Shown here one piece after another: positions 25,501 through 33,607 of a stretch of DNA of 64,000 bases (the stretch's first letter is position 1; each line of letters begins with the position of its first letter). Source of the DNA: a virus; IMG/VR virus record IMGVR_UViG_3300033183_000212, positions 1 through 64,000 of that record; one strand, given 5' to 3'. Below the pieces are notes generated by a model. The model was not told the DNA's origin and ran no database searches. It saw only the letters and a program-made list of their open reading frames with translations. Made by a program: the position numbers and the translations under genes.

Positions 25501-26245
25501 CTTCTTTCTTTACTTCATGTTTAGGGATACGATCAGGGTGTGCTTCCCAAGCTAACTTGGCAGCGTTACCGATCATGCCTTCAAACGGACAGGGCGTACC
25601 AGCGTGCCACATTGCATCAAAGATTCTTCTGTCTTGACACATCGTCGCAACTGCTGCCACCTTCATACCCATGTCATACAATGTCTTAGCGTTCTTCAAT
25701 CTCTCACAGTTCAAGTCTCTTACAGTTGAACCACCAGAGATGCCAAGGATCTGAGTCTGAACTGCACCACTTACACCAGTCGTACACAAGTCATTACCAC
25801 CACCACTCATCATCGATGGTGCTACGGCTGTAGGAGGCGGAGACTTAACAGTTTGTTCTACCTTAGAGTCGTTGATGTTACGATTCGTCATGTCACCAGA
25901 GTTTACATTCTGATTGACATTAGTATTTGAATTCGTATTAGTACTTGTACTCGTACTTGTGTTTGTGTTGACATTCGTATTATTATTTGTATTAGTCGAC
26001 GTTGCTGTGCTTGTAGACGTCGATGTATTGGTATTATTATTTGTGTTTGTCGCAGACGAAGTACTGTTCACCGTCGTGTTGTTGGTGTTAGTATTCGTGT
26101 TTGTGTTGGTATTTGTATTGGTGCTTGTGACAGTGCTCGTAGATGTGGAACTGTTGTTCGTATCTACGAGTGTTGTGCTATCATAGGTTTGAGCACTTAC
26201 AGAAGCTGCAACACATAATATAGTCGCAGCGATGATTTTACGCAC
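25436..26245 (-). CDS. secreted Thr/Asn/Ser-repeat protein with a C-terminal TM anchor
   Basis: GTG start with a GGAGGA SD. Signal peptide RKIIAATILCVAASVSAQ, about 85 residues of TNTNTN/TSTSTS, a Cys-rich domain and the C-terminal anchor IGIGLGIAAVLGVVF. Confidence 0.6.
   Translation of the reverse strand: MRKIIAATILCVAASVSAQTYDSTTLVDTNNSSTSTSTVTSTNTNTNTNTNTNTNNTTVNSTSSATNTNNNTNTSTSTSTATSTNTNNNTNVNTNTSTSTSTNTNSNTNVNQNVNSGDMTNRNINDSKVEQTVKSPPPTAVAPSMMSGGGNDLCTTGVSGAVQTQILGISGGSTVRDLNCERLKNAKTLYDMGMKVAAVATMCQDRRIFDAMWHAGTPCPFEGMIGNAAKLAWEAHPDRIPKHEVKKEDDTFQKIGIGLGIAAVLGVVF
25903..26158 (-). repeat. imperfect (ACN-AAY)n coding micro-repeat encoding the TN/TS tract
   Basis: The plus strand reads gtatt(t/a)gt(a/g)tt(g/a)gt... 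repeatedly. It also creates the spurious VLVLV ORF at 25914-26186. Confidence 0.7.
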
Positions 26246-26321
26246 GATTTCCTCCGGTTATATTTATGAATATGATATAACATAACTGAAGGTGTTCAAG
26301 TCGCTTCCCAAGCTTCAATTC

Positions 26322-26333
26322 TATTTATAAATA
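26322..26333. promoter_or_regulatory. palindromic TATTTATAAATA: back-to-back TATAAATA boxes on both strands
   Basis: Lies in the divergent intergenic region between the minus block (start 26245) and the plus genes (26340, pstS). Confidence 0.45.
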
Positions 26334-26339
26334 ATTTAA

Positions 26340-26456
26340 ATGGATTTGCTAGCCTTCTGGAAACAATGGTACTTTGTCGGTGGATTCTCCACAGGCTTTC
26401 TTATTGCCTGTTGTCTGATAGGCATCATCTATCTACTGTTTAAGATTTACAGATGA
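26340..26456 (+). CDS. 38-aa small membrane protein (MDLLAFWKQWYFVGGFSTGFLIACCLIGIIYLLFKIYR)
   Basis: Below the track cutoff. The ATG lies 7 nt after a TATAAATA box. One TM helix. Confidence 0.35.
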   Translation: MDLLAFWKQWYFVGGFSTGFLIACCLIGIIYLLFKIYR

Positions 26457-26539
26457 GAAGAAAATATTTAATCTCTCTGTAACATAGTCTCCGATATATA
26501 CGAATGTAAGGATGTCCTTACTAATGTTTAGGAGAAAAA

Positions 26540-27403
26540 ATGAAATCAATCCTCGCAGTCCTTGCTGCTACAGTCACGATCACAGCACAGGCAGCAATCA
26601 CTGGCGCTGGTGCGTCATTCCCGGCTCCGGTCTACTTCAAGTGGGCTGAGGCATATAAACAAGCGACTGGTAAAGAAGTTAATTATCAGTCAATCGGTTC
26701 GTCCGGTGGTATCAAACAGATCGTTAAGAAGACGGTCGACTTTGGTGCTTCGGATGTTGCACGTAAACAAGCTGACCTCGATAAGGATGGTCAAGTACAA
26801 TTCCCCACAGTGATGGGTGGAGTTGTTGTCGTTGTCAATCTACCAGGCGTGGAGAAAAACCAGATCAATCTTACAACCGATCAAGTCGGTAAGTTGTTTG
26901 CAGGGAAGGTAAGCAACTGGAAAGATTTGGATTCTTCGTTGCCTGACCTACCTGTGACAGTTGCACACAGAGCTGATGGTTCTGGTACGACTGCAATCTT
27001 CACAACCTACCTTGCAGAGAACGCCAAAGACTTTCATCTGAAAGCTGGTAAGTCTGTTAAGTGGGAAGGTAACACTGTTGGTGGTAAGGGTAATGCCGGT
27101 GTTGCGGCTATGGTCTCTAAGATCAAAGGAGCAGTCGGCTATGTGGAATATGCTTTTGCTAAACAAAACAATCTTACGACAACTACTCTCAATGGAGTAG
27201 CACCAAGTGCCGATACGTTCAAGTCAGGTGACTGGGACATCACTGCACAGACATTCATTATTGTATACCCCGATGGTAAGAATACAAAAGAGGTTTACAA
27301 GTTCTTTGAATGGTGTTATAATAATGACCAGATTGCAGAAGGTCTAGATTATGTTCCTCTGTCAGAAAAGACAAAGAACGAGTCAAGAAAACTTTGGCAA
27401 TAA
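26540..27403 (+). CDS. pstS: phosphate ABC transporter substrate-binding protein PstS
   Basis: Signal peptide plus ITGAGASFPAPVYFKWAEAYKQATGKEVNYQSIGSSGGIKQI and GSGTT. AGGAGAA SD. Confidence 0.9.
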   Translation: MKSILAVLAATVTITAQAAITGAGASFPAPVYFKWAEAYKQATGKEVNYQSIGSSGGIKQIVKKTVDFGASDVARKQADLDKDGQVQFPTVMGGVVVVVNLPGVEKNQINLTTDQVGKLFAGKVSNWKDLDSSLPDLPVTVAHRADGSGTTAIFTTYLAENAKDFHLKAGKSVKWEGNTVGGKGNAGVAAMVSKIKGAVGYVEYAFAKQNNLTTTTLNGVAPSADTFKSGDWDITAQTFIIVYPDGKNTKEVYKFFEWCYNNDQIAEGLDYVPLSEKTKNESRKLWQ

Positions 27404-27479
27404 ATAAATTATGGATCTGACGAGCAGTAATGTGTCGTCTTCACCGGATGCCTAGAGCGAGCAAACCCAGCTATCGGAT

Positions 27480-27830
27480 CCTAAAACATGGCTCACCCCT
27501 CTGCCTAGTGTACGGGTGGGTTCTCTTATATTGCTGTATGAAGCAATGAGAAAGGTGTCTTGGACGGCGGTTCGATTCCGCCCACCTCCACCATAAGGGT
27601 ACTAAGATAAGCTTGGTACTCGATGCATAGGGAACGCCTCCTCTGGTATCCTTATGATGGGGGTGTACTGGTTTCGACAGGGCAATGAGTAACAGAGTGG
27701 ACAGCACGTCAGGCGATCGACGTTAATGAAGCGAAAACTATAAATGCCAATGATGAGGTATTTTTGATGGCAGCTTAGTGCTAGATGGGGATTCGCAGGT
27801 GTTCCTTATTACCCAAACACCTGCACTATC
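27480..27830 (+). ncRNA. ssrA: circularly permuted (two-piece) tmRNA gene. The acceptor piece ends at CCA 27591-27593, the coding piece starts at 27659, and the tag ORF is 27746-27778.
   Basis: ggacggcggttcgattccgcccacctccacca is a T-arm plus acceptor 3' strand plus ACCA. 65 nt downstream, gggggtgtactggtttcgacaggg is the tmRNA 5' consensus. 27659-27665 pairs with 27583-27589 and includes a G3:U wobble. Resume frame: GCC AAT GAT GAG GTA TTT TTG ATG GCA GCT TAG = ANDEVFLMAA*. The outer ends are approximate. Confidence 0.8.
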
Positions 27831-27832
27831 AT

Positions 27833-27840
27833 TATAAATA
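27833..27840 (+). promoter_or_regulatory. T4-type late promoter box TATAAATA
   Basis: Exact octamer 8 nt before the desaturase ATG. Confidence 0.35.
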
Positions 27841-27848
27841 GTTATATT

Positions 27849-28481
27849 ATGGAAACAATAATCATAGCAATTATATTAGGTCTTGTATGGAGCCAAGTGA
27901 TATCGCATTTTGGCGCTAGTATATTATTACACCGATATTATTGTCATAAACAATTTAAAGTGCCAAAATGGTTTGAATGGGTTGGTTTATCCATGTTAAT
28001 GATTGCATGTATAAGAACACCAATAGGATGGATTGCATCTCATCGAATGCATCATGCATATTCAGACGGCCCTAAAGATCCTCATTCTGTAAAATACGTA
28101 GGATTCTGGAAAGTTTTATTTACTATGTGGGATATTCCAAAAATACCTATTAAATTTGCAAAGGATTTGTACCAAAATAAGACACTGGTATTTTTCCATA
28201 ATAATTGGCTAAAAATATTGATCTTTGTTTGGATTATATCCTATCTAATCAGCCCATATTTTTTTATTTCGTTTGCTCTTACACCATTTATTTTTGCTAA
28301 AATAGGATTTGGTTTATTAAATACTGTTGGACATAAAAACGGTCCAAGTAATGTGCCGTGGTTGAATCTTTTTATTGCTGGGGAAGGCTATCATAAAAAT
28401 CACCATGATAATGGTAAAAGAATTAGATTACATAAATTTGATACCGGTGGGTGGATAGCTGAAAAGGTATTTAAACCATGA
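27849..28481 (+). CDS. membrane fatty-acid desaturase (delta-9/stearoyl-CoA desaturase family, short form)
   Basis: Three His boxes: HRYYCH, HRMHHAYSDGPKDPH and GEGYHKNHH. Multiple TM segments. Confidence 0.8.
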   Translation: METIIIAIILGLVWSQVISHFGASILLHRYYCHKQFKVPKWFEWVGLSMLMIACIRTPIGWIASHRMHHAYSDGPKDPHSVKYVGFWKVLFTMWDIPKIPIKFAKDLYQNKTLVFFHNNWLKILIFVWIISYLISPYFFISFALTPFIFAKIGFGLLNTVGHKNGPSNVPWLNLFIAGEGYHKNHHDNGKRIRLHKFDTGGWIAEKVFKP

Positions 28482-29101
28482 AAAAACATGAATTGCCTTT
28501 AGTTGCTGAATTTGATTTAAAAATTGATCTACTAAGACTTAAAGAAGCATCAGACAATATAGCTTACACATATACTAATGTAATTGATGCAAATCCGGGA
28601 TTATGTATGAATCATAAGGAACTCGTAAAAAATGTATATGATAATTTTGAACAAATTAATTTGACAACAGCATCTGAAATTTTATCATCAACAACTTCAA
28701 TCAAAGAAAGATTAAAACGTAAAGAAGAACATCTATTTAATGTTCCAACCAAAAATTATACTAATAGTATTTTTGAAGAAATAGTAACACAATTAAAAGC
28801 ACCTGCAAGTAGAGTTAGACTTACTAAATTAGCAGCTGGAAAGGAAATTCCTTTTCACGTTGATTATGATGTTAATTATGCTGTAAGATGTATTGTTCCA
28901 ATTTACACAAATACAAAAGTAATCAATCAATTTAAAATTGCTGATAAAATTGAAAGTTATAATTTAGAAGCTGGTAAAGCTTATTTTTTGAATATAGGTT
29001 ATCCACATAGAGTGCATAACAATTCAAATGAAGATAGAATTGCGTTAATGTTTAGTTTGGATGGAACAGATGATTTGGAATCATTTAGAAATAGCAGATG
29101 A
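28478..29101 (+). CDS. cupin-fold 2OG/Fe(II) hydroxylase (Asp/Asn beta-hydroxylase-like), paralog 1
   Basis: IPFHVDYDVNYAVRCIVPIYTN ... GYPHRVHNNSNEDRIALMFSL. Confidence 0.55.
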   Translation: MKKHELPLVAEFDLKIDLLRLKEASDNIAYTYTNVIDANPGLCMNHKELVKNVYDNFEQINLTTASEILSSTTSIKERLKRKEEHLFNVPTKNYTNSIFEEIVTQLKAPASRVRLTKLAAGKEIPFHVDYDVNYAVRCIVPIYTNTKVINQFKIADKIESYNLEAGKAYFLNIGYPHRVHNNSNEDRIALMFSLDGTDDLESFRNSR

Positions 29102-29858
29102 AGTTCAAAATAAAGGCTATAAAGTTTTTAATGATATAGAATTTTCTGAACAACAATATATTGATTTTATGAAAGGCTTTGGTGAGTTAGAAGCACCAGG
29201 CCTTTTTATGAATCCAAAAAAATATCCTCAGTTGTTTATTGTTACCGGAATGAAAGATAAAGAAGGTAACAAAATTGGCATGTTTGGAGATGGCGAATTA
29301 GGTTGGCATTCAAATGGTAATAGCCGACATTTAATTGATAAAATTTTAATCAGTTTATATTGTGTACAAGGTGATCCTAATACTACACTAAGTGTATGCA
29401 ATACCTCAGATCCATTTTACCATCTTTCCGAAGAAGAACAAGAATACTGGAAATCAATTACTATTCGTTTAAAATTTCAGAATGATACAATGTATCATTT
29501 GGATGAAGATGATCCTGAATTAGAATTCATGAGTAAAAATAAAGGTAGTATTCGTAAACTGGTTGATGTTCATCCCCATACCGGAAAGTATTATTTCTAT
29601 TTCCCTTATCATTTTATTGTTAAAGCATGGGAAGGTAAAAGGCAAATCAATCATGAAAAAATGATTGAAAAATTGAAACCAATTATATTTAGAAGCAAAT
29701 ATCAATATCATCATATTTTTATGAAAGGTGATATGCTTTTAATGGATCAGTTTACTACACTACATAGAAGAACACCAGTGATGGGTAACAGACTTTTATG
29801 GAGAATTGCAGGGGATTATCAAAACGTATGCAAGGCGAACAAATCAAACGAAAGTTAA
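29061..29858 (+). CDS. TauD/TfdA-family 2OG/Fe(II) dioxygenase-like protein with H-S-N in place of HxD
   Basis: LGWHSNGN, LVDVHPHTGKYYFYF and GDMLLMDQFTTLHRR align with TauD blocks WHxD, HP.tG and GD..iWDN...H. Confidence 0.55.
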   Translation: MEQMIWNHLEIADEVQNKGYKVFNDIEFSEQQYIDFMKGFGELEAPGLFMNPKKYPQLFIVTGMKDKEGNKIGMFGDGELGWHSNGNSRHLIDKILISLYCVQGDPNTTLSVCNTSDPFYHLSEEEQEYWKSITIRLKFQNDTMYHLDEDDPELEFMSKNKGSIRKLVDVHPHTGKYYFYFPYHFIVKAWEGKRQINHEKMIEKLKPIIFRSKYQYHHIFMKGDMLLMDQFTTLHRRTPVMGNRLLWRIAGDYQNVCKANKSNES

Positions 29859-30700
29859 AAGCGTATCCTTGGGTTGATATTCCATGTCATAAAGATGTTT
29901 TGTTTCTATTAAAAGAACAAGATTTATCTCAGACATATTATAAACGTGGAAGCGGTAAAGCAACTCGTGATTTAGATAAAGTTGAAAAAGCACATCGAGA
30001 ATGGGTTAATGATATTATAGACCTATCGGAGTTTCCTCATTGCTATTTTACTAATGGTATAACAGATGCAATTCATCTTTGGCGAATAATAGAAACCAGG
30101 CCTTGGCAAAAATTCGATGGCGATTATCAATATATAAATATAATAGGTTCTGAGAGTTCTATTTGTTATGACGCATCAGACATTGATTTAAATAAACCAT
30201 TATATGTCTCAATTCCATCTGCTATTGATGGTAATATATTTGATTTAGATGACATTAGTGCTCCAGTTATTCTAGATTGCACATATGTAGGATCTACACA
30301 AATTAAAAAAATTAAAGTACCAAAAAACACAGAACAAGTGTTCTTTAGTTTCTCAAAAGGGTTTGGACTGATAGGACAGAGACTAGGCTTAATATATACA
30401 AAAGAGCCACACCCAATCTTAGATAGATTAAAAAAATTCGAAAACTGGAATTATGCAGGAGTAAAGACTATTGAATTATTGATTAATAATTTTAAAGTCG
30501 ATACTATGTGGAATAGATATAGAAAAAGACAATTAAAGATTTGTAGTCAATATAATTTTGAACCATCTGATTGTTTCTTTCTAGCAACTACAAAAGATGC
30601 ATATTATGCAAAACGGAGAAGGATGAAATTCAGCGACGATGCTCGTATTTGTATAACACCTCTATTTGATGATTACTTAAGTACAGAGAATAGTAAATGA
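29828..30700 (+). CDS. PLP-dependent aminotransferase-like protein (short)
   Basis: FFSFSKGFGLIGQRLGLIY matches the SxSK..G..G.R.G PLP-lysine block. The start is uncertain (29798 or 29828). Confidence 0.45.
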   Translation: MQGEQIKRKLKAYPWVDIPCHKDVLFLLKEQDLSQTYYKRGSGKATRDLDKVEKAHREWVNDIIDLSEFPHCYFTNGITDAIHLWRIIETRPWQKFDGDYQYINIIGSESSICYDASDIDLNKPLYVSIPSAIDGNIFDLDDISAPVILDCTYVGSTQIKKIKVPKNTEQVFFSFSKGFGLIGQRLGLIYTKEPHPILDRLKKFENWNYAGVKTIELLINNFKVDTMWNRYRKRQLKICSQYNFEPSDCFFLATTKDAYYAKRRRMKFSDDARICITPLFDDYLSTENSK

Positions 30701-31302
30701 CTATACGAAGATTTAAATTACAATACGACATTAATAAATTTCGAGATGAAATAGATGCGCTATGGCCTTTAGAAAAATACGGGTTTCACGGTGAATTTCC
30801 TACTCCTAATGGAACATATTATCAAAATATAAGAGAAGGCGAAATGCCTTCACATTTAAGAAAAGCTATTGAAAATAGTATTGGTAAAGCAATAAAAGAT
30901 TATTATTTTTTATGGGACTGGAGATGCTTAACTAAAGTTTTGTTAAAACACAGAGATGGTTGGGAAGATGCAAAGGGCAATCCAGATGGGATTTCAGAAT
31001 TCGATAAACATGTATTTGAAGAAGATGCTGAAATAATAGGAGTTCCTCCTCTAACGGTTGTAGTAGCATTAGAAAACAATTTTAGAATTGATATTCAAGA
31101 TAGTAAAACCAGTGAATGGAGAAGCGTAACATATGGTCCTGGAGATATAATATTTTTTAATAATGCAAAAGATCTTCATGGTGGTGAAGTATTAAATGAT
31201 CCAGATAACATACCAAGGAGATCTCTTAATTGTTATGTTGGACATGACCAACTTGCTAATGATTTAACATTCTGGGATAACCCGGATTATGATAAACAAT
31301 AA
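30697..31302 (+). CDS. hypothetical protein (possible 2OG oxygenase fold)
   Basis: GDIIFFNNAKDLHGGEVL...RRSLNCYV is only suggestive. Confidence 0.45.
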   Translation: MTIRRFKLQYDINKFRDEIDALWPLEKYGFHGEFPTPNGTYYQNIREGEMPSHLRKAIENSIGKAIKDYYFLWDWRCLTKVLLKHRDGWEDAKGNPDGISEFDKHVFEEDAEIIGVPPLTVVVALENNFRIDIQDSKTSEWRSVTYGPGDIIFFNNAKDLHGGEVLNDPDNIPRRSLNCYVGHDQLANDLTFWDNPDYDKQ

Positions 31303-31930
31303 TATCCCTTGGCCAGATATCCATATTAATAATGGAATAGGTAGAGTACCACTCAAAGAAAATTATGCCTTTGAAGATATGTGGTATCTTGATACACCTC
31401 AAGCTTTACCTATTTTTGAAAAACAAGCTGATATTATTATCGAACATCAATCAAAGGGAATAGTTGATATTGGATGTAGGCATGGACCTATCCTTGATAT
31501 TTTATATAAAAGAGGATATACAAATTTCAAATATATGGGATTTGACACTTCTGAAGAACCTATCAGATTAGCTCAAGAAAAATGGACGAATTCTAATAAT
31601 ATAGAATTCCGTAATGAAAGTTGGGAAAATATGGAAACTTTCATTGTTGATTTTGATGTCGATCAAGTTATCTGGTCAGGAGTATTGTTATATAAGCCAG
31701 AAGATCATTTTAATTTTTTTAATAATATTACAAAAGATTTTTATAATGCACGTAATGCAATTATACAAGAACCTTGTAACGATCAAAAATATTGGGATGA
31801 AAGATTAATACTTAACACAATCTCTGAAGAATTTGAAATTTATAAAAAGGAATATAAATCATTTAAAGAGCATATAATCAATGCCGAAATATTTGCTGGA
31901 CGTAGAATGATAATTGATATTGAATTATGA
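31289..31930 (+). CDS. SAM-dependent methyltransferase
   Basis: Motif I IVDIGCRHGPILDIL. Confidence 0.65.
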   Translation: MINNNIPWPDIHINNGIGRVPLKENYAFEDMWYLDTPQALPIFEKQADIIIEHQSKGIVDIGCRHGPILDILYKRGYTNFKYMGFDTSEEPIRLAQEKWTNSNNIEFRNESWENMETFIVDFDVDQVIWSGVLLYKPEDHFNFFNNITKDFYNARNAIIQEPCNDQKYWDERLILNTISEEFEIYKKEYKSFKEHIINAEIFAGRRMIIDIEL

Positions 31931-32544
31931 AAATTTGCGGAATAGCTTTTAGTTACAGTAAAAACTCTATGGCTTTTCGTGGATTAAGTTTGATGAACAA
32001 TTATTTAAATTTTCAATGGTATTGCCAAGTAACAGATATTCCATTATGCAATAGTAATATTCCGGATGGTAATGTTCCTAAATCCGTAGAAAGATTATGG
32101 AATAATATGAATAAATGTGACGTATTTGTTTTCTCTATACCAGAAACAACCGGCCATTATTCAGCTGCATTTAAAAACGTAATGGATTGGTTTGTTGTTA
32201 AATCTCAATTTAATTCTGATCTTGGTCAGAAATATCCAATGTCAAATAAACCGGTTGTTGTAATAACATTTACGCCAGTTTATAAAAATGCTGGCGACAG
32301 ACATTTTAATATGACTAAACATATATTGCAAGAAAAGCTTGGCGCAGATGTCATAGATATGATAGTTAAAAACGATTGTTGGCAACATGTTATACCAAAT
32401 AACTTTGAATTTGTAGCTGAAGAATGTAAACAAATATTAAGTATACCCCTTGAAAATAAAATTATTGAAAAGCCAGACATGGCTAAAGAGGTAGATGATT
32501 GGCAAAAAAAATATAAGGAATGGAACAATAAATGGCAAAATTAG
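31927..32544 (+). CDS. flavodoxin-fold NAD(P)H-dependent FMN reductase-like protein
   Basis: MKICGIAFSYSKNS... and DVFVFSIPETTGHYSAAFKNVMDW resemble the PF03358 pattern (tPeYn.s....lKnaiDw). Confidence 0.55.
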   Translation: MKICGIAFSYSKNSMAFRGLSLMNNYLNFQWYCQVTDIPLCNSNIPDGNVPKSVERLWNNMNKCDVFVFSIPETTGHYSAAFKNVMDWFVVKSQFNSDLGQKYPMSNKPVVVITFTPVYKNAGDRHFNMTKHILQEKLGADVIDMIVKNDCWQHVIPNNFEFVAEECKQILSIPLENKIIEKPDMAKEVDDWQKKYKEWNNKWQN

Positions 32545-32966
32545 ATACTACTGGATTGTTAATTTATAAAGACAATGATTTTAAACCATTTGAAATTGAT
32601 GAAACCAAACGTTATGTAATGTGTGGAGTTCCTGGAGCATTTACGCCTGGATGTACAGAAAAACATCTTCCGGGATATGTACAAGCATTAAATCAATTTT
32701 ATGAAAAAGGTATAGATCATATTATTTTCATGGGGGTAAATGACCCATGCGTAATGGATGCATGGAATAAGTTTCATGGTCATAAAGACATCATTGCGGT
32801 TGCTGATGCTGAAGCTGAGTTTACAAAAAGAATGGGATTTGATCATGATTATGGTCCTGGAATGGGTATTCGTTGCCGCCGCTTTGCTATTTTAATTGAA
32901 AACGGTGAAATGAAAAAAGAGATGCATATTCCATTTGCTCAAGGTGCGTTAGGGGAAATTTATTGA
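32532..32966 (+). CDS. peroxiredoxin (Prx5/atypical 2-Cys type)
   Basis: VPGAFTPGCTEKHLPGY active-site block. Confidence 0.8.
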   Translation: MAKLDTTGLLIYKDNDFKPFEIDETKRYVMCGVPGAFTPGCTEKHLPGYVQALNQFYEKGIDHIIFMGVNDPCVMDAWNKFHGHKDIIAVADAEAEFTKRMGFDHDYGPGMGIRCRRFAILIENGEMKKEMHIPFAQGALGEIY

Positions 32967-33607
32967 TTGATGCCGTTGCCGAATATTTAGATATTGATTT
33001 AGAGATTGAAAAATATCATTTAATATTTGATCAAGTAAATCAAGGCTATAATACATTTGGTAAAACCGAATGGCATAGCTATTCATTAGAAGATAATATC
33101 ACTGGAAAGGATTTACCGTTCTTAGAACTGTTTGAACCAATCCTTATTGAAATGCGCAATGTGCATCCTCATATACAAAAAAGATCTACTGGTTTTAATT
33201 ATGCAAATTCTTTAGAAAAAGATTTGTTTATTCATACCGATGTAGATTATGATACAAAACACCCAAAACATTTTAATATGGTTATTCCCATATTTGGTAA
33301 AGCTATAATAAATTATTATGAAACCCGTGAAGAAGAGATTTGGTTACCAGAAAAAAATGCACATGGCTATGCATATTATCATGAATTTTATTTGCGTAAT
33401 AAATCTGGCTATGAAGAATTTAAAAAGAAAAGAAAGATTGGTGAAATTATAGTAGAAGATAAGCCGGTTTTAATTGATACTAATCTAATGCATGGTGTTG
33501 AAATCCTTAAATCTCCTCGTTGTGCTTGGGTCACACGCTGGAATAATATTCCAGTTCACCATGATTTTTATACATGGAAATCTAGAGTAGAAAGAATATT
33601 AAAATGA
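32963..33607 (+). CDS. cupin-fold hydroxylase-like protein, paralog 2
   Basis: LFIHTDVDYDTKHPKHFNMVIPIFG and LMHGVEIL resemble 28478-29101. TTG start overlaps the upstream stop. Confidence 0.45.
   Translation: MIDAVAEYLDIDLEIEKYHLIFDQVNQGYNTFGKTEWHSYSLEDNITGKDLPFLELFEPILIEMRNVHPHIQKRSTGFNYANSLEKDLFIHTDVDYDTKHPKHFNMVIPIFGKAIINYYETREEEIWLPEKNAHGYAYYHEFYLRNKSGYEEFKKKRKIGEIIVEDKPVLIDTNLMHGVEILKSPRCAWVTRWNNIPVHHDFYTWKSRVERILK

Noticed and set aside
25903-26158. Possible CRISPR array or non-coding tandem repeat
   Set aside because: The repeats are 6-nt-scale, imperfect and in frame within a signal-peptide ORF. There is no repeat-spacer architecture anywhere in the window.
25914-26186. 90-aa plus-strand ORF (VLVLVLV...)
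   Set aside because: It is an antisense reading of the TN/TS micro-repeat in the well-supported minus-strand signal-peptide gene. Low complexity and no SD.
26457-26539. Pho box upstream of pstS
   Set aside because: There is only a loose half-site resemblance (CTGTAACATAGTCTCC). The host consensus is unknown. Not reported as a feature.
27471-27707. 78-aa minus-strand ORF in the track
   Set aside because: It lies entirely inside the tmRNA gene (T-arm, CCA end and 5' acceptor strand on the + strand). It has no SD and is an RNA-gene shadow.
27797-27826. Hairpin gcaggtgtt...aacacctgc as a stand-alone terminator
   Set aside because: It has no T tract and probably belongs to the 3' part of the tmRNA coding piece. 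It is included in the ncRNA span instead.
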